From the NCBI GenBank assembly GCA_048213135.1, contig PS015009.1, forward strand, positions 806,001-870,000: 64,000 nt of DNA, read 5' to 3'. Position 1 is the first letter of the stretch, and each line of letters starts with the position of its first letter. The notes beneath the pieces were generated by a model, which was not told the DNA's origin, did not search any database, and was given only the letters and a program-made list of their open reading frames with translations. Positions 48,668-58,222 of this stretch are shown here, piece by piece. Position numbers and translations under genes: made by a program. Origin of the DNA: Reclinomonas americana ATCC 50394. Its lineage: Eukaryota.

Positions 48668-50926
48668 TTAAAGATTGTTATTGATCGCATCCTGTGTCCT
48701 GTCTACACCAAAGCTGAGGAAGCAGCCGATAAACACAAAGCGTTTACCCGTTGGCGTAACCGGTGCTTTGCGGGTACCATCGTTGGAGTATTCATAACTG
48801 AAAACCTGGTTCTGACCCAGCACATTGTTTACACCCAGCACCCACACGGCAAAGGTTTTCGGGTTTTTCTTGCCGATATTGGGCAGGTAATTCACACTGA
48901 AGCTCATGCTGTTGTAGTTGATGGTCTTGCCCTGGTCGCTGATCACGTACTTCGACTGCCCATTGTCATAGGTAATGCGGTAGTAAGGCCTTCCGGAAGC
49001 AAAGTTGTAACTCAGGTTGAACTGTGTTTTCCATTTCATCACAAAACGTTTGAACACGAAGGCGGCAGTATGATTGGCCGCGAAGGGTGGCTGTATGGCA
49101 GACGGGTAGTTCAGGAACTCCCGTTTTGTATCGAGATAGGAATAAGAGAACCAGTAGTCCACGTCCTTGATCGTTTTTTTATCACGCCAGAAAAATTCGA
49201 GCCCTTTCGCATCACCGTAACCGTTATTATTGGCTGCCAGTTCCCTGCCGGTGGCATTATCAATAGCCGTTTTAAACAGGTTATTGTATTTTTTATAGAA
49301 GGCCTCAGCCCTGAAGGTCCGCTGACCGGTAATTTTCTGGTATTGCAATATATAATGTGTAGCCCTGGCATAATCCAGCGATGCATTTACCGGCAGGTAT
49401 TTACGTTCGGCGTTCTGGTAAAACATGCCATAGGCAAAGGAGGCCTGGCTGTTGTCGGGGAACTTGTAAGCCAGCGAAAAACGCGGGGCAATATTCCAGC
49501 GGTCCATTAACTGGGAATGCTCCAGGCGGGCACCGGCTTTAGCGGCCAGGTCGTTGGTAATATAAATGTCCGCTTCGGCGAAACCAGCGGCAAGGTTGTC
49601 GATCACCGTTTCGCTGAATTTCGTTCCGTCGAAAAGTGTGTACTCCGACCGCTCATCGCTGTAAAAATAATCACCGCCAAAACGAACGGCGCTCAGTCCT
49701 TTCAGTTTCTTCTCCAGCACCGCACGCCCCTGTACATAATGCGCATGTGTTTCGAGGTCAAAATTTTTGAAGGCGTAAAAAATGGGGCTCAGGATCACCT
49801 GCTTCTGGTTGTTGGCGTCCTGCAGTTCATTGGCTATATTATCTTTGTTGGTGCTGTAGCTGAAGCCCGTTGTCAATTTCCAGCCTCTGCCTATTTGCTC
49901 CCGCCAGTTAATGTTCTGGTAGGTGTTGAGATTTTCAAGGGCGAATACATTCTTCAGCCCGGCGGAATCGATATCCGGATTTTTATAGCCGATCTTATTA
50001 TAACTGAGGTAGCCATAATATTTGATCATGCCATGTTTTGTTTTGATGCGGAAGTTGGCATCGCCCTGGTGTACCACCGGCACCTGGTAAAAATCCTGTT
50101 TCTGTTTGATCACGTTGAAGGCCAGCCACAGGTTGGTATAATTATACGACACACCCCAGGATGACTTTTTATTCTTCGCCAGTTTCTGAATACCGCCACC
50201 AATGCCTACTACGGAAATGCCCAGGTCGGCTTCGGTACGATCCGGCAAATCTTTACTTTCGAGGATGAGCGCAGCGGAAAGCGCCTGCCCGTACAACGCG
50301 GAGTAACCACCGGTGCTGAACACGGTTCCTTTGAACAGGAAAGGATTGAACCGGCCCCGGGTAGCCATGCCCGGTGTACTGGTATAAAAGAAATTATTCA
50401 CCAGGTTTCCATCCATGAATATCTTGCTTTCGGTGGCGGTACCTCCACGGACAAACAAACCTTCGCTTTCGCCTACCTGCTGCGTGCCCGGCAGCGATTT
50501 GAAGGCGCTGGTAATATCGCCATTGGCGCTGGGGGTGGTTACGATGTCGATGTCGGTAAGCACGGCACCTTTCTTTTTATCACTGGCCTCAAATGAACCC
50601 GCCGATATCACCACCGCTTTCATTTCCGTCACCAGTTCCTTTAAAGAAAAGTTGAATGTAACAGGGGCGGATGATATATTGATTTTTTGCGATACGGATT
50701 GGTACCCGATTATGGTCAGCTCAATCACCTGGTCCCCCTTTTCGGTGGTAGTGAAAGCGTAGTTACCCAGGGAATCGGTGGTTGCCCCATCATAACTATC
50801 TTTAATATTTATGCTTACCCCTCCCAGCGGTTTATTCCTGTTATCGGTAATTTTCCCGGATACCCGCACCTGCGCCTGGAGGGTTATTGTCCCCAGTAAC
50901 AGTACCCAAAGCAGCGATATTTTCAT
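48668..50926 (-). CDS. TonB-dependent receptor
   Basis: CarboxypepD_reg-like N-domain, plug (LPG.Q..GES.GLFVRGG, STGGYSALYGQALS), beta-barrel. Confidence 0.93.
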   Translation of the reverse strand: MKISLLWVLLLGTITLQAQVRVSGKITDNRNKPLGGVSINIKDSYDGATTDSLGNYAFTTTEKGDQVIELTIIGYQSVSQKINISSAPVTFNFSLKELVTEMKAVVISAGSFEASDKKKGAVLTDIDIVTTPSANGDITSAFKSLPGTQQVGESEGLFVRGGTATESKIFMDGNLVNNFFYTSTPGMATRGRFNPFLFKGTVFSTGGYSALYGQALSAALILESKDLPDRTEADLGISVVGIGGGIQKLAKNKKSSWGVSYNYTNLWLAFNVIKQKQDFYQVPVVHQGDANFRIKTKHGMIKYYGYLSYNKIGYKNPDIDSAGLKNVFALENLNTYQNINWREQIGRGWKLTTGFSYSTNKDNIANELQDANNQKQVILSPIFYAFKNFDLETHAHYVQGRAVLEKKLKGLSAVRFGGDYFYSDERSEYTLFDGTKFSETVIDNLAAGFAEADIYITNDLAAKAGARLEHSQLMDRWNIAPRFSLAYKFPDNSQASFAYGMFYQNAERKYLPVNASLDYARATHYILQYQKITGQRTFRAEAFYKKYNNLFKTAIDNATGRELAANNNGYGDAKGLEFFWRDKKTIKDVDYWFSYSYLDTKREFLNYPSAIQPPFAANHTAAFVFKRFVMKWKTQFNLSYNFASGRPYYRITYDNGQSKYVISDQGKTINYNSMSFSVNYLPNIGKKNPKTFAVWVLGVNNVLGQNQVFSYEYSNDGTRKAPVTPTGKRFVFIGCFLSFGVDRTQDAINNNL

Positions 50927-51390
50927 GGTGCCTTATTTTACACAAACGTAAAGTAGTTTATTTTATAAACCAAATTAATTTTTGAATAATTTACTGCGTC
51001 TTTTACATAAAATACGAACAAATGGTATTTATACAGATGTAGTATTCAGTTGATAATCATAATATTACAGGCAGATTCAGCAATAGCCTACTAACGGTAC
51101 CCATGCCCGAAAATTTATCAACATCGCAGAAAATTTATTTTTTTATGTGGGGTAAAATTGTACTTTAGCAATAGAATTTAATGGGTTAGTAAGTACAAAG
51201 GGCTGTCAGAAATGATAGCCCTTTTACTATTTATACATTCCCCGTTTGCCGGAAAAAAATTCCGGGCAACAAAGTCCGGTCAAATTCATTTTTGATCATA
51301 ATCTCGTCATTGGTCCTTTACTTTCTTCCTGCTCCCACTTTTTATTTTTACTTTTTACTTTTTCATTTCCCAACACTCTACTTTTACAGC

Positions 51391-52764
51391 ATGAGTAAAA
51401 CGAAGTCGGCTTTTTTTTGCCAGCACTGCGGATATGAAAGTCCGAAATGGCTGGGTAAGTGTCCCTCCTGTAATGAATGGAACAGTTTTGTTGAAGAGAT
51501 CATCGTAAAAGGTTCAGATAAAAAAACAAATAAGGAATGGTCATCCGGCCGCGAAGGATCGGGTGAAAAAACGATCGCCCTCCATGAAGTGAACAGCGCG
51601 GAGGAAAAACGGATCATCACACACGATGCGGAACTGAACCGCGTACTGGGTGGCGGCATGGTATCGGGCAGCATTGTACTTGTTGCCGGTGAACCGGGCA
51701 TTGGCAAGTCGACCCTGTTTATGCAGGCGGCCCTGCAACTGCAGGACATTACCACCTTATACATCAGCGGTGAGGAAAGTGAACAGCAGATCAAGATGCG
51801 GGCCGACCGCCTGGGACTGAAGAACGAGAACTTTTACCTGCTAACGGAAACCAATACGCAGGGCATCTTCAAAGAGATCAAGAAACTGAAACCCGAGCTG
51901 GTGATCGTGGATTCGATACAAACCCTGCAATCACCTTTTATCGAAAGCGGTGCGGGCAGCATCAGCCAGATCAGGGAATGTGCGGCAGAACTGCAGCGCT
52001 TTGCCAAGGAAACAGGAACACCCGTCTTCCTCATTGGCCACATCACCAAAGACGGCACCATTGCCGGTCCCAAGATACTGGAACATATGGTAGACGCGGT
52101 GCTGCAGTTTGAGGGTGACCGCAACTATACCTACCGCATCCTGCGTACTATCAAAAACCGTTTTGGCTCCACTTCCGAACTGGGCATTTATGAAATGACA
52201 GGCGACGGTATGCGCATGGTCAGCAATCCTTCAGAAATACTCATCACCCAAAAAGAAGACCAGCTCAGCGGTATTGCTATTGCCGCCACCATGGAAGGCC
52301 TGCGCCCGCTCCTTATTGAAGGACAGGCCCTGGTTACCCAAAGCGTTTACGGCACCCCGCAACGTACGGTAACAGGCTTCGATACCCGCAGGTTACAATT
52401 ACTGCTGGCCGTGCTGGAAAAAAGAGGGGGTTTCCATTTTGGCGTTAAGGATGTGTTTGTGAATATTGCCGGTGGGCTGAAAGTGGAAGATCCTTCACTT
52501 GACCTGGCTATTGTTACCGCCCTGCTCAGCAGTTATGAAGACGTGCCGGTGAACCATCATTTCTGTTTTGCCGGGGAGGTGGGGCTCAGCGGCGAGATAA
52601 GGGCGGTGAACCGTATAGAACAACGTATCGCCGAAGCAGAAAAGCTGGGTTTTGAAAAGATCATATTGAGTAAATACAATGCCAAATCCATCACCGGTAA
52701 AAAATTCAATATTGATGTAGTGCCGTTAGGCAAGGTGGAAGAGTTGTACCAGTTCCTGTTTTAA
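51391..52764 (+). CDS. radA: DNA repair protein RadA/Sms
   Basis: C4 zinc finger CQHC..CPSC, GEPGIGKST, KNRFG motif, Lon-like C-terminus; start MSKTK at 51391. Confidence 0.97.
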   Translation: MSKTKSAFFCQHCGYESPKWLGKCPSCNEWNSFVEEIIVKGSDKKTNKEWSSGREGSGEKTIALHEVNSAEEKRIITHDAELNRVLGGGMVSGSIVLVAGEPGIGKSTLFMQAALQLQDITTLYISGEESEQQIKMRADRLGLKNENFYLLTETNTQGIFKEIKKLKPELVIVDSIQTLQSPFIESGAGSISQIRECAAELQRFAKETGTPVFLIGHITKDGTIAGPKILEHMVDAVLQFEGDRNYTYRILRTIKNRFGSTSELGIYEMTGDGMRMVSNPSEILITQKEDQLSGIAIAATMEGLRPLLIEGQALVTQSVYGTPQRTVTGFDTRRLQLLLAVLEKRGGFHFGVKDVFVNIAGGLKVEDPSLDLAIVTALLSSYEDVPVNHHFCFAGEVGLSGEIRAVNRIEQRIAEAEKLGFEKIILSKYNAKSITGKKFNIDVVPLGKVEELYQFLF

Positions 52765-52797
52765 AGTCCATTGGTGACTATATCATTAATAATAGGC

Positions 52798-52836
52798 GAA
52801 CCCCTTACCATATAACGGTAAGGGGTTCACTTTTGT
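52798..52836. terminator. Intrinsic terminator after radA
   Basis: gaaccccttacc-atataac-ggtaaggggttc then acttttg. Confidence 0.75.
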
Positions 52837-52853
52837 TAGAATACTGAAACGGT

Positions 52854-52988
52854 TTATTTGGAAAAAGAGTAGCGCAATAACACTTCATGTGCGCTGCTTC
52901 CGCCGTCAAAAACGCTTAACGGGTTTTCGTATATATCATTGACAAAGCGGTAAGATTTTGTCAGTATAAAAGTAACACTAATTCGGAT
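52854..52988 (-). pseudogene. Possible 3' remnant of a PorP/SprF-like outer-membrane protein gene
   Basis: Manual translation ...SYRFVNDIYENPLSVFDGGSSAHEVLLRYSFSK*; no start codon; ends just before the shared terminator. Confidence 0.4.
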
Positions 52989-53168
52989 TTACAGAACTCT
53001 TCGCTGTCTGTAATAGTCAGCTGGTGACTTCCCGGAATGACGAAACGATCAACAAGCCGGCTTATACTTATATCAGACAATCATCAAGCTGGTGAAAATA
53101 ATAAAGAATCAAGTCAGCTGCGTATTTACCGCAATACATTCTCTCTTCGGGGTACTTAGTTTCAAAGC

Positions 53169-53870
53169 ATGAAACGATTATTGAATACCGCGGGTGACCT
53201 TATTCATTTATTCTATCCCCATCACTGCAACGGTTGCGGCAGCGACCTGCTTAGCCGCGACAGTCTTCTTTGCCTGCGTTGCCTGCACCAGCTGCCGCAT
53301 ACCGGCTTTGCTCCTCACACCGGTAACCCGGTTGAAAAATATTTCTGGGGACGACTTGCGCTGGAAGCCGCCCACAGCGAATTTTATTTTGCCAAGGCAG
53401 CCCTGGTACAGTCGTTGATCCACCAGTTGAAATACAAAGGTAATACCGCCATAGGTCAGTACCTCGGCGAGCTCACCGGGCTCAGCCTGCTGCATTCGAA
53501 GCGTTTCAGCAAGATAGACGGGCTGGTGCCGCTGCCGCTTTACCCCGACAGGGAATATAAAAGAGGCTACAACCAGGCAGCGATCATCTGCGAAGGCCTG
53601 TCTGCAGTAATGAATGTACCGGTATTGTATAAAGAGGTAATAAGGCAGCGGCCCACACAAACCCAGACACGTAAACACCGCACCGAACGATGGGAGAATG
53701 TGGAGGACAGTTTTACCATACCCAATCCCGGCGCATTGCAGCACAAACACCTGTTACTGGTAGACGACGTGGTAACCACCGGCGCTACCCTGGAAGCCTG
53801 CGGCAGGGCTATACTGCAGGCGGCTGATACACAGCTCAGCATTGCCACCGTGGCACTGGCGGGGAGGTAA
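53169..53870 (+). CDS. comF: ComF family phosphoribosyltransferase-like protein
   Basis: N-terminal CxxC...CxxC, IHQLKY, RGYNQ, LLVDDVVTTGATL. Confidence 0.92.
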   Translation: MKRLLNTAGDLIHLFYPHHCNGCGSDLLSRDSLLCLRCLHQLPHTGFAPHTGNPVEKYFWGRLALEAAHSEFYFAKAALVQSLIHQLKYKGNTAIGQYLGELTGLSLLHSKRFSKIDGLVPLPLYPDREYKRGYNQAAIICEGLSAVMNVPVLYKEVIRQRPTQTQTRKHRTERWENVEDSFTIPNPGALQHKHLLLVDDVVTTGATLEACGRAILQAADTQLSIATVALAGR

Positions 53871-53881
53871 ATAAAATAAAG

Positions 53882-53945
53882 GAAGGAGTGAAGGAGTGAA
53901 GGAATGAAGGAGTGAAGGAATGAAGGAGTGAAGGAATGAAGGAGT
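53882..53945. repeat. 8 x 8-bp tandem repeat GAAGGA(G/A)T
   Basis: Counted directly. Confidence 0.95.
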
Positions 53946-53962
53946 GAAAAATAAACATTTTT

Positions 53963-54261
53963 TGATGTGCCGGGGTCTCCTCCGGAAGACCCCGGCGGAA
54001 CATTAGATAACTTTGCGTTACTCCGCGGCCTTCGTTCCTTAGTGGAACAAAATACGACCGTCAGGCCAATCACATTTTGTTCCTGCGTGGTCTTCCGAAA
54101 GAGGTCCCGGTGCATCACTGATTATTAAAAAAAAGCAACAGACCACTTAGCGTTACTCCGCGGCCTCCGTTCCTTAGCGGTAAAAAAAACGGCCGTCAGG
54201 CCTGTCATATTTTGTTCCGACGTGGTCTTCCGAAGGAGACCCCGGCGCATCACTAATTATT
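53963..54261. repeat. BIME/REPIN-like composite: inverted palindromic units plus a 135-bp direct repeat
   Basis: tgatgtgccggggtctcctccggaagacc is inverted relative to ggtcttccgaaggagaccccggcgcatca; gcgttactccgcggcct at 54015 and 54150. Confidence 0.85.
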
Positions 54262-54272
54262 ACTACATTTGA

Positions 54273-55709
54273 ATGATGAAAAAAAGTTGGCCCTCCCTGT
54301 ATAACTGCTTCCGGCTGGCCGGTGTAATTGGTGTACTTGCCGGACTGATCCTGTTCAGCTCCTGCAAAAAAGACAGCTTTATCACCAGCAGTCAGGCCCT
54401 CCTCAGCACCTCGGCCGACACCTTAAAATACGACACCGTATTTACCAGCACAGGATCCGTAACCAAATCATTCAAAATATTCAACAACAACGACCAGAAA
54501 CTGCGCCTCAGCAAAGTGAAACTGATGGGCGGTGCTTCCTCTGCCTATAAAATGAATGTAGACGGGTTGGCCACAACGGAAGCCTCGAACATTGAGATTG
54601 AGGCCAACGACAGCATCTATGTTTTTGTATCCCTTACCATCAATCCCAATGCAGCTAACCTGCCTTTCATTGTCAGCGACAGTATACTCATTAATTATAA
54701 TGGCAACGACCGCTATATACAATTACAGGCTTTCGGGCAAAATGCCAACTTCCTGCGCAACCACGTACTCACCGGCAGCAATACCTGGAACAAAACCCTG
54801 CCCTATGTGATACTCGGCAGCCTGCGCATCGACAATGGTGCCACGCTGACCATTCCCGCAGGTACACGCATCTATGCACATGCAGATGCACCCATTATTG
54901 TGGACGGTACCCTGCTGGTAAACGGCACCAAAACCGACAGCGTGGTCTTTGCCGGCGACCGGCTTGACCCGGATTACCGCGACCTGCCCGCAGGATGGCC
55001 CGGCATCTATTTCCGCGAAAACAGCCGCAACAACCGCCTTACTTATGCTGTTATTAAAAACGCCTACCAGGCACTGGTAGCAGAAAAGCCATCGCCCAAC
55101 GCCAACCCCAAACTGATCATATCTCAATGCGTGGTGGATAATGCTTATGACGCAGGTATCCTCGCCGTGAACAGCAGCATACAGGCCGACAACAGCCTCA
55201 TCAGCAACTGCGGTAATAATATATCACTTAGCTATGGCGGTAATTACAGCTTTACGCATTGTACCGTAGCCGCTTATTCCAACCTGTACCTGCTGCACAA
55301 GAACCCGGTTCTTTTTGTAAGCAACGCCGCTATAGTAAATGGCGCTCCCGTTACCAGTAACCTCGATGCCAGTTTCCGTAACTGTATTTTCTGGGGTGAT
55401 GAAGGTATTGTAACCGATGAAGCCGTTACCTATAAAGAAGCCGGATCAACTTTCAACGTTGCTTTCCAGAATAACCTGTACCGCAATGGCAGCGACCCGG
55501 CCAACAGTACATTAAGTGGCAACATAAAAGGTATTGACCCTTCATTCGACAGTGTGGATGTATTCAAAAGAATATTCAATTTCCGCATCACTAAAAACAT
55601 CCTGGCGCCGGGTATCGACAAAGGAATGGTTACCGCCTTCCCCTTCGACCTCGACAACAAACCCAGGAATGTGAACGGACCGGATATGGGGTGCTATGAG
55701 AAACAATAG
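54273..55709 (+). CDS. Lipoprotein with Ig-like and right-handed beta-helix regions
   Basis: FSS-C lipobox, DTLKYDTVFT, parallel beta-helix-like repeats, GPDMGCYE C-terminus. Confidence 0.8.
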   Translation: MMKKSWPSLYNCFRLAGVIGVLAGLILFSSCKKDSFITSSQALLSTSADTLKYDTVFTSTGSVTKSFKIFNNNDQKLRLSKVKLMGGASSAYKMNVDGLATTEASNIEIEANDSIYVFVSLTINPNAANLPFIVSDSILINYNGNDRYIQLQAFGQNANFLRNHVLTGSNTWNKTLPYVILGSLRIDNGATLTIPAGTRIYAHADAPIIVDGTLLVNGTKTDSVVFAGDRLDPDYRDLPAGWPGIYFRENSRNNRLTYAVIKNAYQALVAEKPSPNANPKLIISQCVVDNAYDAGILAVNSSIQADNSLISNCGNNISLSYGGNYSFTHCTVAAYSNLYLLHKNPVLFVSNAAIVNGAPVTSNLDASFRNCIFWGDEGIVTDEAVTYKEAGSTFNVAFQNNLYRNGSDPANSTLSGNIKGIDPSFDSVDVFKRIFNFRITKNILAPGIDKGMVTAFPFDLDNKPRNVNGPDMGCYEKQ

Positions 55710-55855
55710 TTAATTTGAAAATGCGATGATTTGATAATTTGATAATGGAGCAACCATAAATAAAAGATGTACGATTATAGTCGCGAACAATGAACAGGGC
55801 ACGAATGTTGTACCATTCGTAATTCATAATTAGTAATTCGTAATTAAACACAATC

Positions 55856-56401
55856 ATGATAAAAAAATTCCTCTCCGCCGTCCTCGCCCTCTTCATCGGG
55901 CTCACTGCGGCAACCGCTCAAACAACAGACGTTAAATCCATCTACGATTTTAAAGTGGAAGGACTCGAAGGCGGCAGCATCGACTTCGCCGCGTTCAAAG
56001 GCAAAAAGATCCTCATCGTTAATACCGCCAGCCAGTGCGGCTATACCAAGCAATACGCCGGTCTGCAGGAACTGTACGACAAGTACAAAGACAAACTGGT
56101 GATCGTAGGCTTCCCGGCCAATAATTTCGGCGGACAGGAACCCGGCACCAATACCGAGATCAAAGAATTCTGCAAAAAGAACTATGGCGTAACATTCCCT
56201 ATGGCCGCCAAGGTATCCGTAAAAGGTGATGACATGGCCGCGATCTATAAATGGCTCACCAGTAAAACAGAAAACCGTGTCCTCGATACCGAGATCAAAT
56301 GGAACTTCGGCAAATTCCTAATCGACGAAAAAGGAACACTCATCAACTATTTCCCGAGTAAGGTTACACCAATGAGTGAAGAGATTACAGGCAAGCTGTA
56401 A
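55856..56401 (+). CDS. Glutathione peroxidase (canonical, with signal peptide)
   Basis: NTASQCGYT, FPANNFGGQEPG, KWNFGKFL. Confidence 0.95.
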   Translation: MIKKFLSAVLALFIGLTAATAQTTDVKSIYDFKVEGLEGGSIDFAAFKGKKILIVNTASQCGYTKQYAGLQELYDKYKDKLVIVGFPANNFGGQEPGTNTEIKEFCKKNYGVTFPMAAKVSVKGDDMAAIYKWLTSKTENRVLDTEIKWNFGKFLIDEKGTLINYFPSKVTPMSEEITGKL

Positions 56402-56451
56402 ATTTGAAAATGTGACGATTTGAAGATGTGAAAATGCAGAACCCACTAACA

Positions 56452-56638
56452 TTACGCCATTGCCCGGTCTCCTGACCATTAAAAAATATACTCAAATCCC
56501 CGCTCAGCCGGGGATTTATCTTTGCGCCACCTCCGCGTCCTTCGTTCCTTTGCGGTTACATTTTACGCCATCGCCCGGTCTCCTGATCATCAAAAAATAT
56601 ACTCAAATTCCCGCTCAGCCGGGGATTTTCTTTGCGCC
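56452..56638. repeat. Intergenic direct repeat (period 111 bp) with internal hairpin
   Basis: ttacgccat.gcccggtctcctga.cat.aaaaaatatactcaaat.cccgctcagccggg at 56452 and 56563. Confidence 0.85.
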
Positions 56639-56751
56639 CCAGCTCCTCTGCGGGCTTTGCGTGAAATATTTATCGCAAGACAGAAGACCACTAAGTTTTC
56701 GCAGATCCAATTTTTGACTTTTTAATTTTGACTTTTGCTTTTGACTTACCT

Positions 56752-56759
56752 TACTTTTG
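56752..56759 (+). promoter_or_regulatory. Bacteroidota -7 box (TACTTTTG) upstream of holB
   Basis: TAnnTTTG match 6 nt before the ATG. Confidence 0.5.
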
Positions 56760-56765
56760 CGAACA

Positions 56766-57983
56766 ATGCAATTTCACGCCGTCATAGGTCAGAAAGATAC
56801 CAAAGAACAACTGGTACAACTGGTGCAGCACAACCGCCTCAGCCATGCCCTTTTATTCCTGGGCAAGGAAGGCAGCGGCGCCCTCAACCTGGCCATGGCC
56901 TTTGCACAATACGTGGTTTGTGAAAGAGTGAACGGAAAAGAAACAAAAACCGCGGAACCCTCTTTATTCGGAGACCCCGAGCCGGCACCCGGCATCCCGG
57001 ATTCCGGGTCCCTCAACGATTCCTGCGGCGAATGCCCGGCCTGTAAAAAAGCCACGGCGTTGGTACACCCCGATATTCATTTCTCCTACCCCGTCATCAC
57101 CAAAAAACCCGGCGAAAAACCCATCAGCACCGACTTCATCAGCGAGTGGCGGGAATTCATAGCCAAAGACAACTACCCCGATGTATACGACTGGCTCCAG
57201 TTCATTGGCGCGGAAAACAAACAGGGCAACATCACCGCCACCGAGTGCAACGACATCATCCGCAAACTCAACCTCAAAAGCTTTGAGAGCGAATACAAAA
57301 TACTCATCATGTGGATGCCCGAGTTCCTGGGTAAGGAAGGAAATAAACTGCTGAAACTGATCGAAGAGCCGCCGGCCAACACCCTGTTCATACTGGTGGC
57401 CGAAAACGAAAGCGAAATACTGCCCACCATCCTGTCGCGTACCCAGCTGGTGAAAATACCCCGTCTGAGTAACCTCGATATTGAAGCGGCGCTGGAACTG
57501 CGGGAAGGCGTATCTATGGAAAAAGCACAGCAGGCAGCCGCCGTTGCCGGGGGCAGTTACCGCGAAGCCCTGCAATTGTTGCAGCACGCCGAAGACGACT
57601 GGCAAACCATGCTCCGCGAATGGCTCAATGCCATATTAAAAACCGGCCCCGCCGCCCAGGTCAAATGGATTGACGATGCCGCCAAAATGGGCCGCGAAAA
57701 ACAAAAACAATTTCTCAAATACTTCATCCACCTGCTCGAACAGGCCATCCGTTTCCGCACCATCGACAACGGCGCAGCACAGCCCGACCTGCGCAACGAC
57801 GCCGATTTTGCCCTTCGCCTCAACCGCATTTGCAGCATCCCCCAGCAGGAAGCCCTGGTAGACGAGCTCAGCAAAGCCAGCTACTACATCGAACGCAATG
57901 CCAACGGCAAAATGCTCTTTCATGCCCTTTCCATCAGGATATACCATATTATTAGTAACAATTCATTAATTTTGATGGATTGA
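56766..57983 (+). CDS. holB: DNA polymerase III subunit delta'
   Basis: VIGQ, HALLFLG.EG.G, CGECPAC, HPDIHF, NKLLKLIEEPP, ILPTILSRTQ. Confidence 0.93.
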   Translation: MQFHAVIGQKDTKEQLVQLVQHNRLSHALLFLGKEGSGALNLAMAFAQYVVCERVNGKETKTAEPSLFGDPEPAPGIPDSGSLNDSCGECPACKKATALVHPDIHFSYPVITKKPGEKPISTDFISEWREFIAKDNYPDVYDWLQFIGAENKQGNITATECNDIIRKLNLKSFESEYKILIMWMPEFLGKEGNKLLKLIEEPPANTLFILVAENESEILPTILSRTQLVKIPRLSNLDIEAALELREGVSMEKAQQAAAVAGGSYREALQLLQHAEDDWQTMLREWLNAILKTGPAAQVKWIDDAAKMGREKQKQFLKYFIHLLEQAIRFRTIDNGAAQPDLRNDADFALRLNRICSIPQQEALVDELSKASYYIERNANGKMLFHALSIRIYHIISNNSLILMD

Positions 57984-58222
57984 GGACTCAGAACCGTAGT
58001 GTACAGCGTTTGAGAAGTGGATTTTTAGTTTAATACCAGCTTTTTCAACCATAATCAGCATTGTTGCGTCGCAATCCTTTCAGCTGCATACCTTTATGCA
58101 GCATTTTCGCCGAACAGGATTACCAAAGTACAAGTGTGCGACGCCACCAAAGCTGCACAGCGCTGCTACTGCTCGTTTCATAATTTCCTCACTATCAATT
58201 ATTTACTACTAATATCCATTAT

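Noticed and set aside
51292-51390. Hydrophobic N-terminal extension of RadA (and similar extensions on rsmA, pdxA, the 1857-6248 ORF and the permease)
   Set aside because: These come from upstream alternative starts in the ORF caller; conserved family N-termini and -7 boxes support the downstream ATGs.
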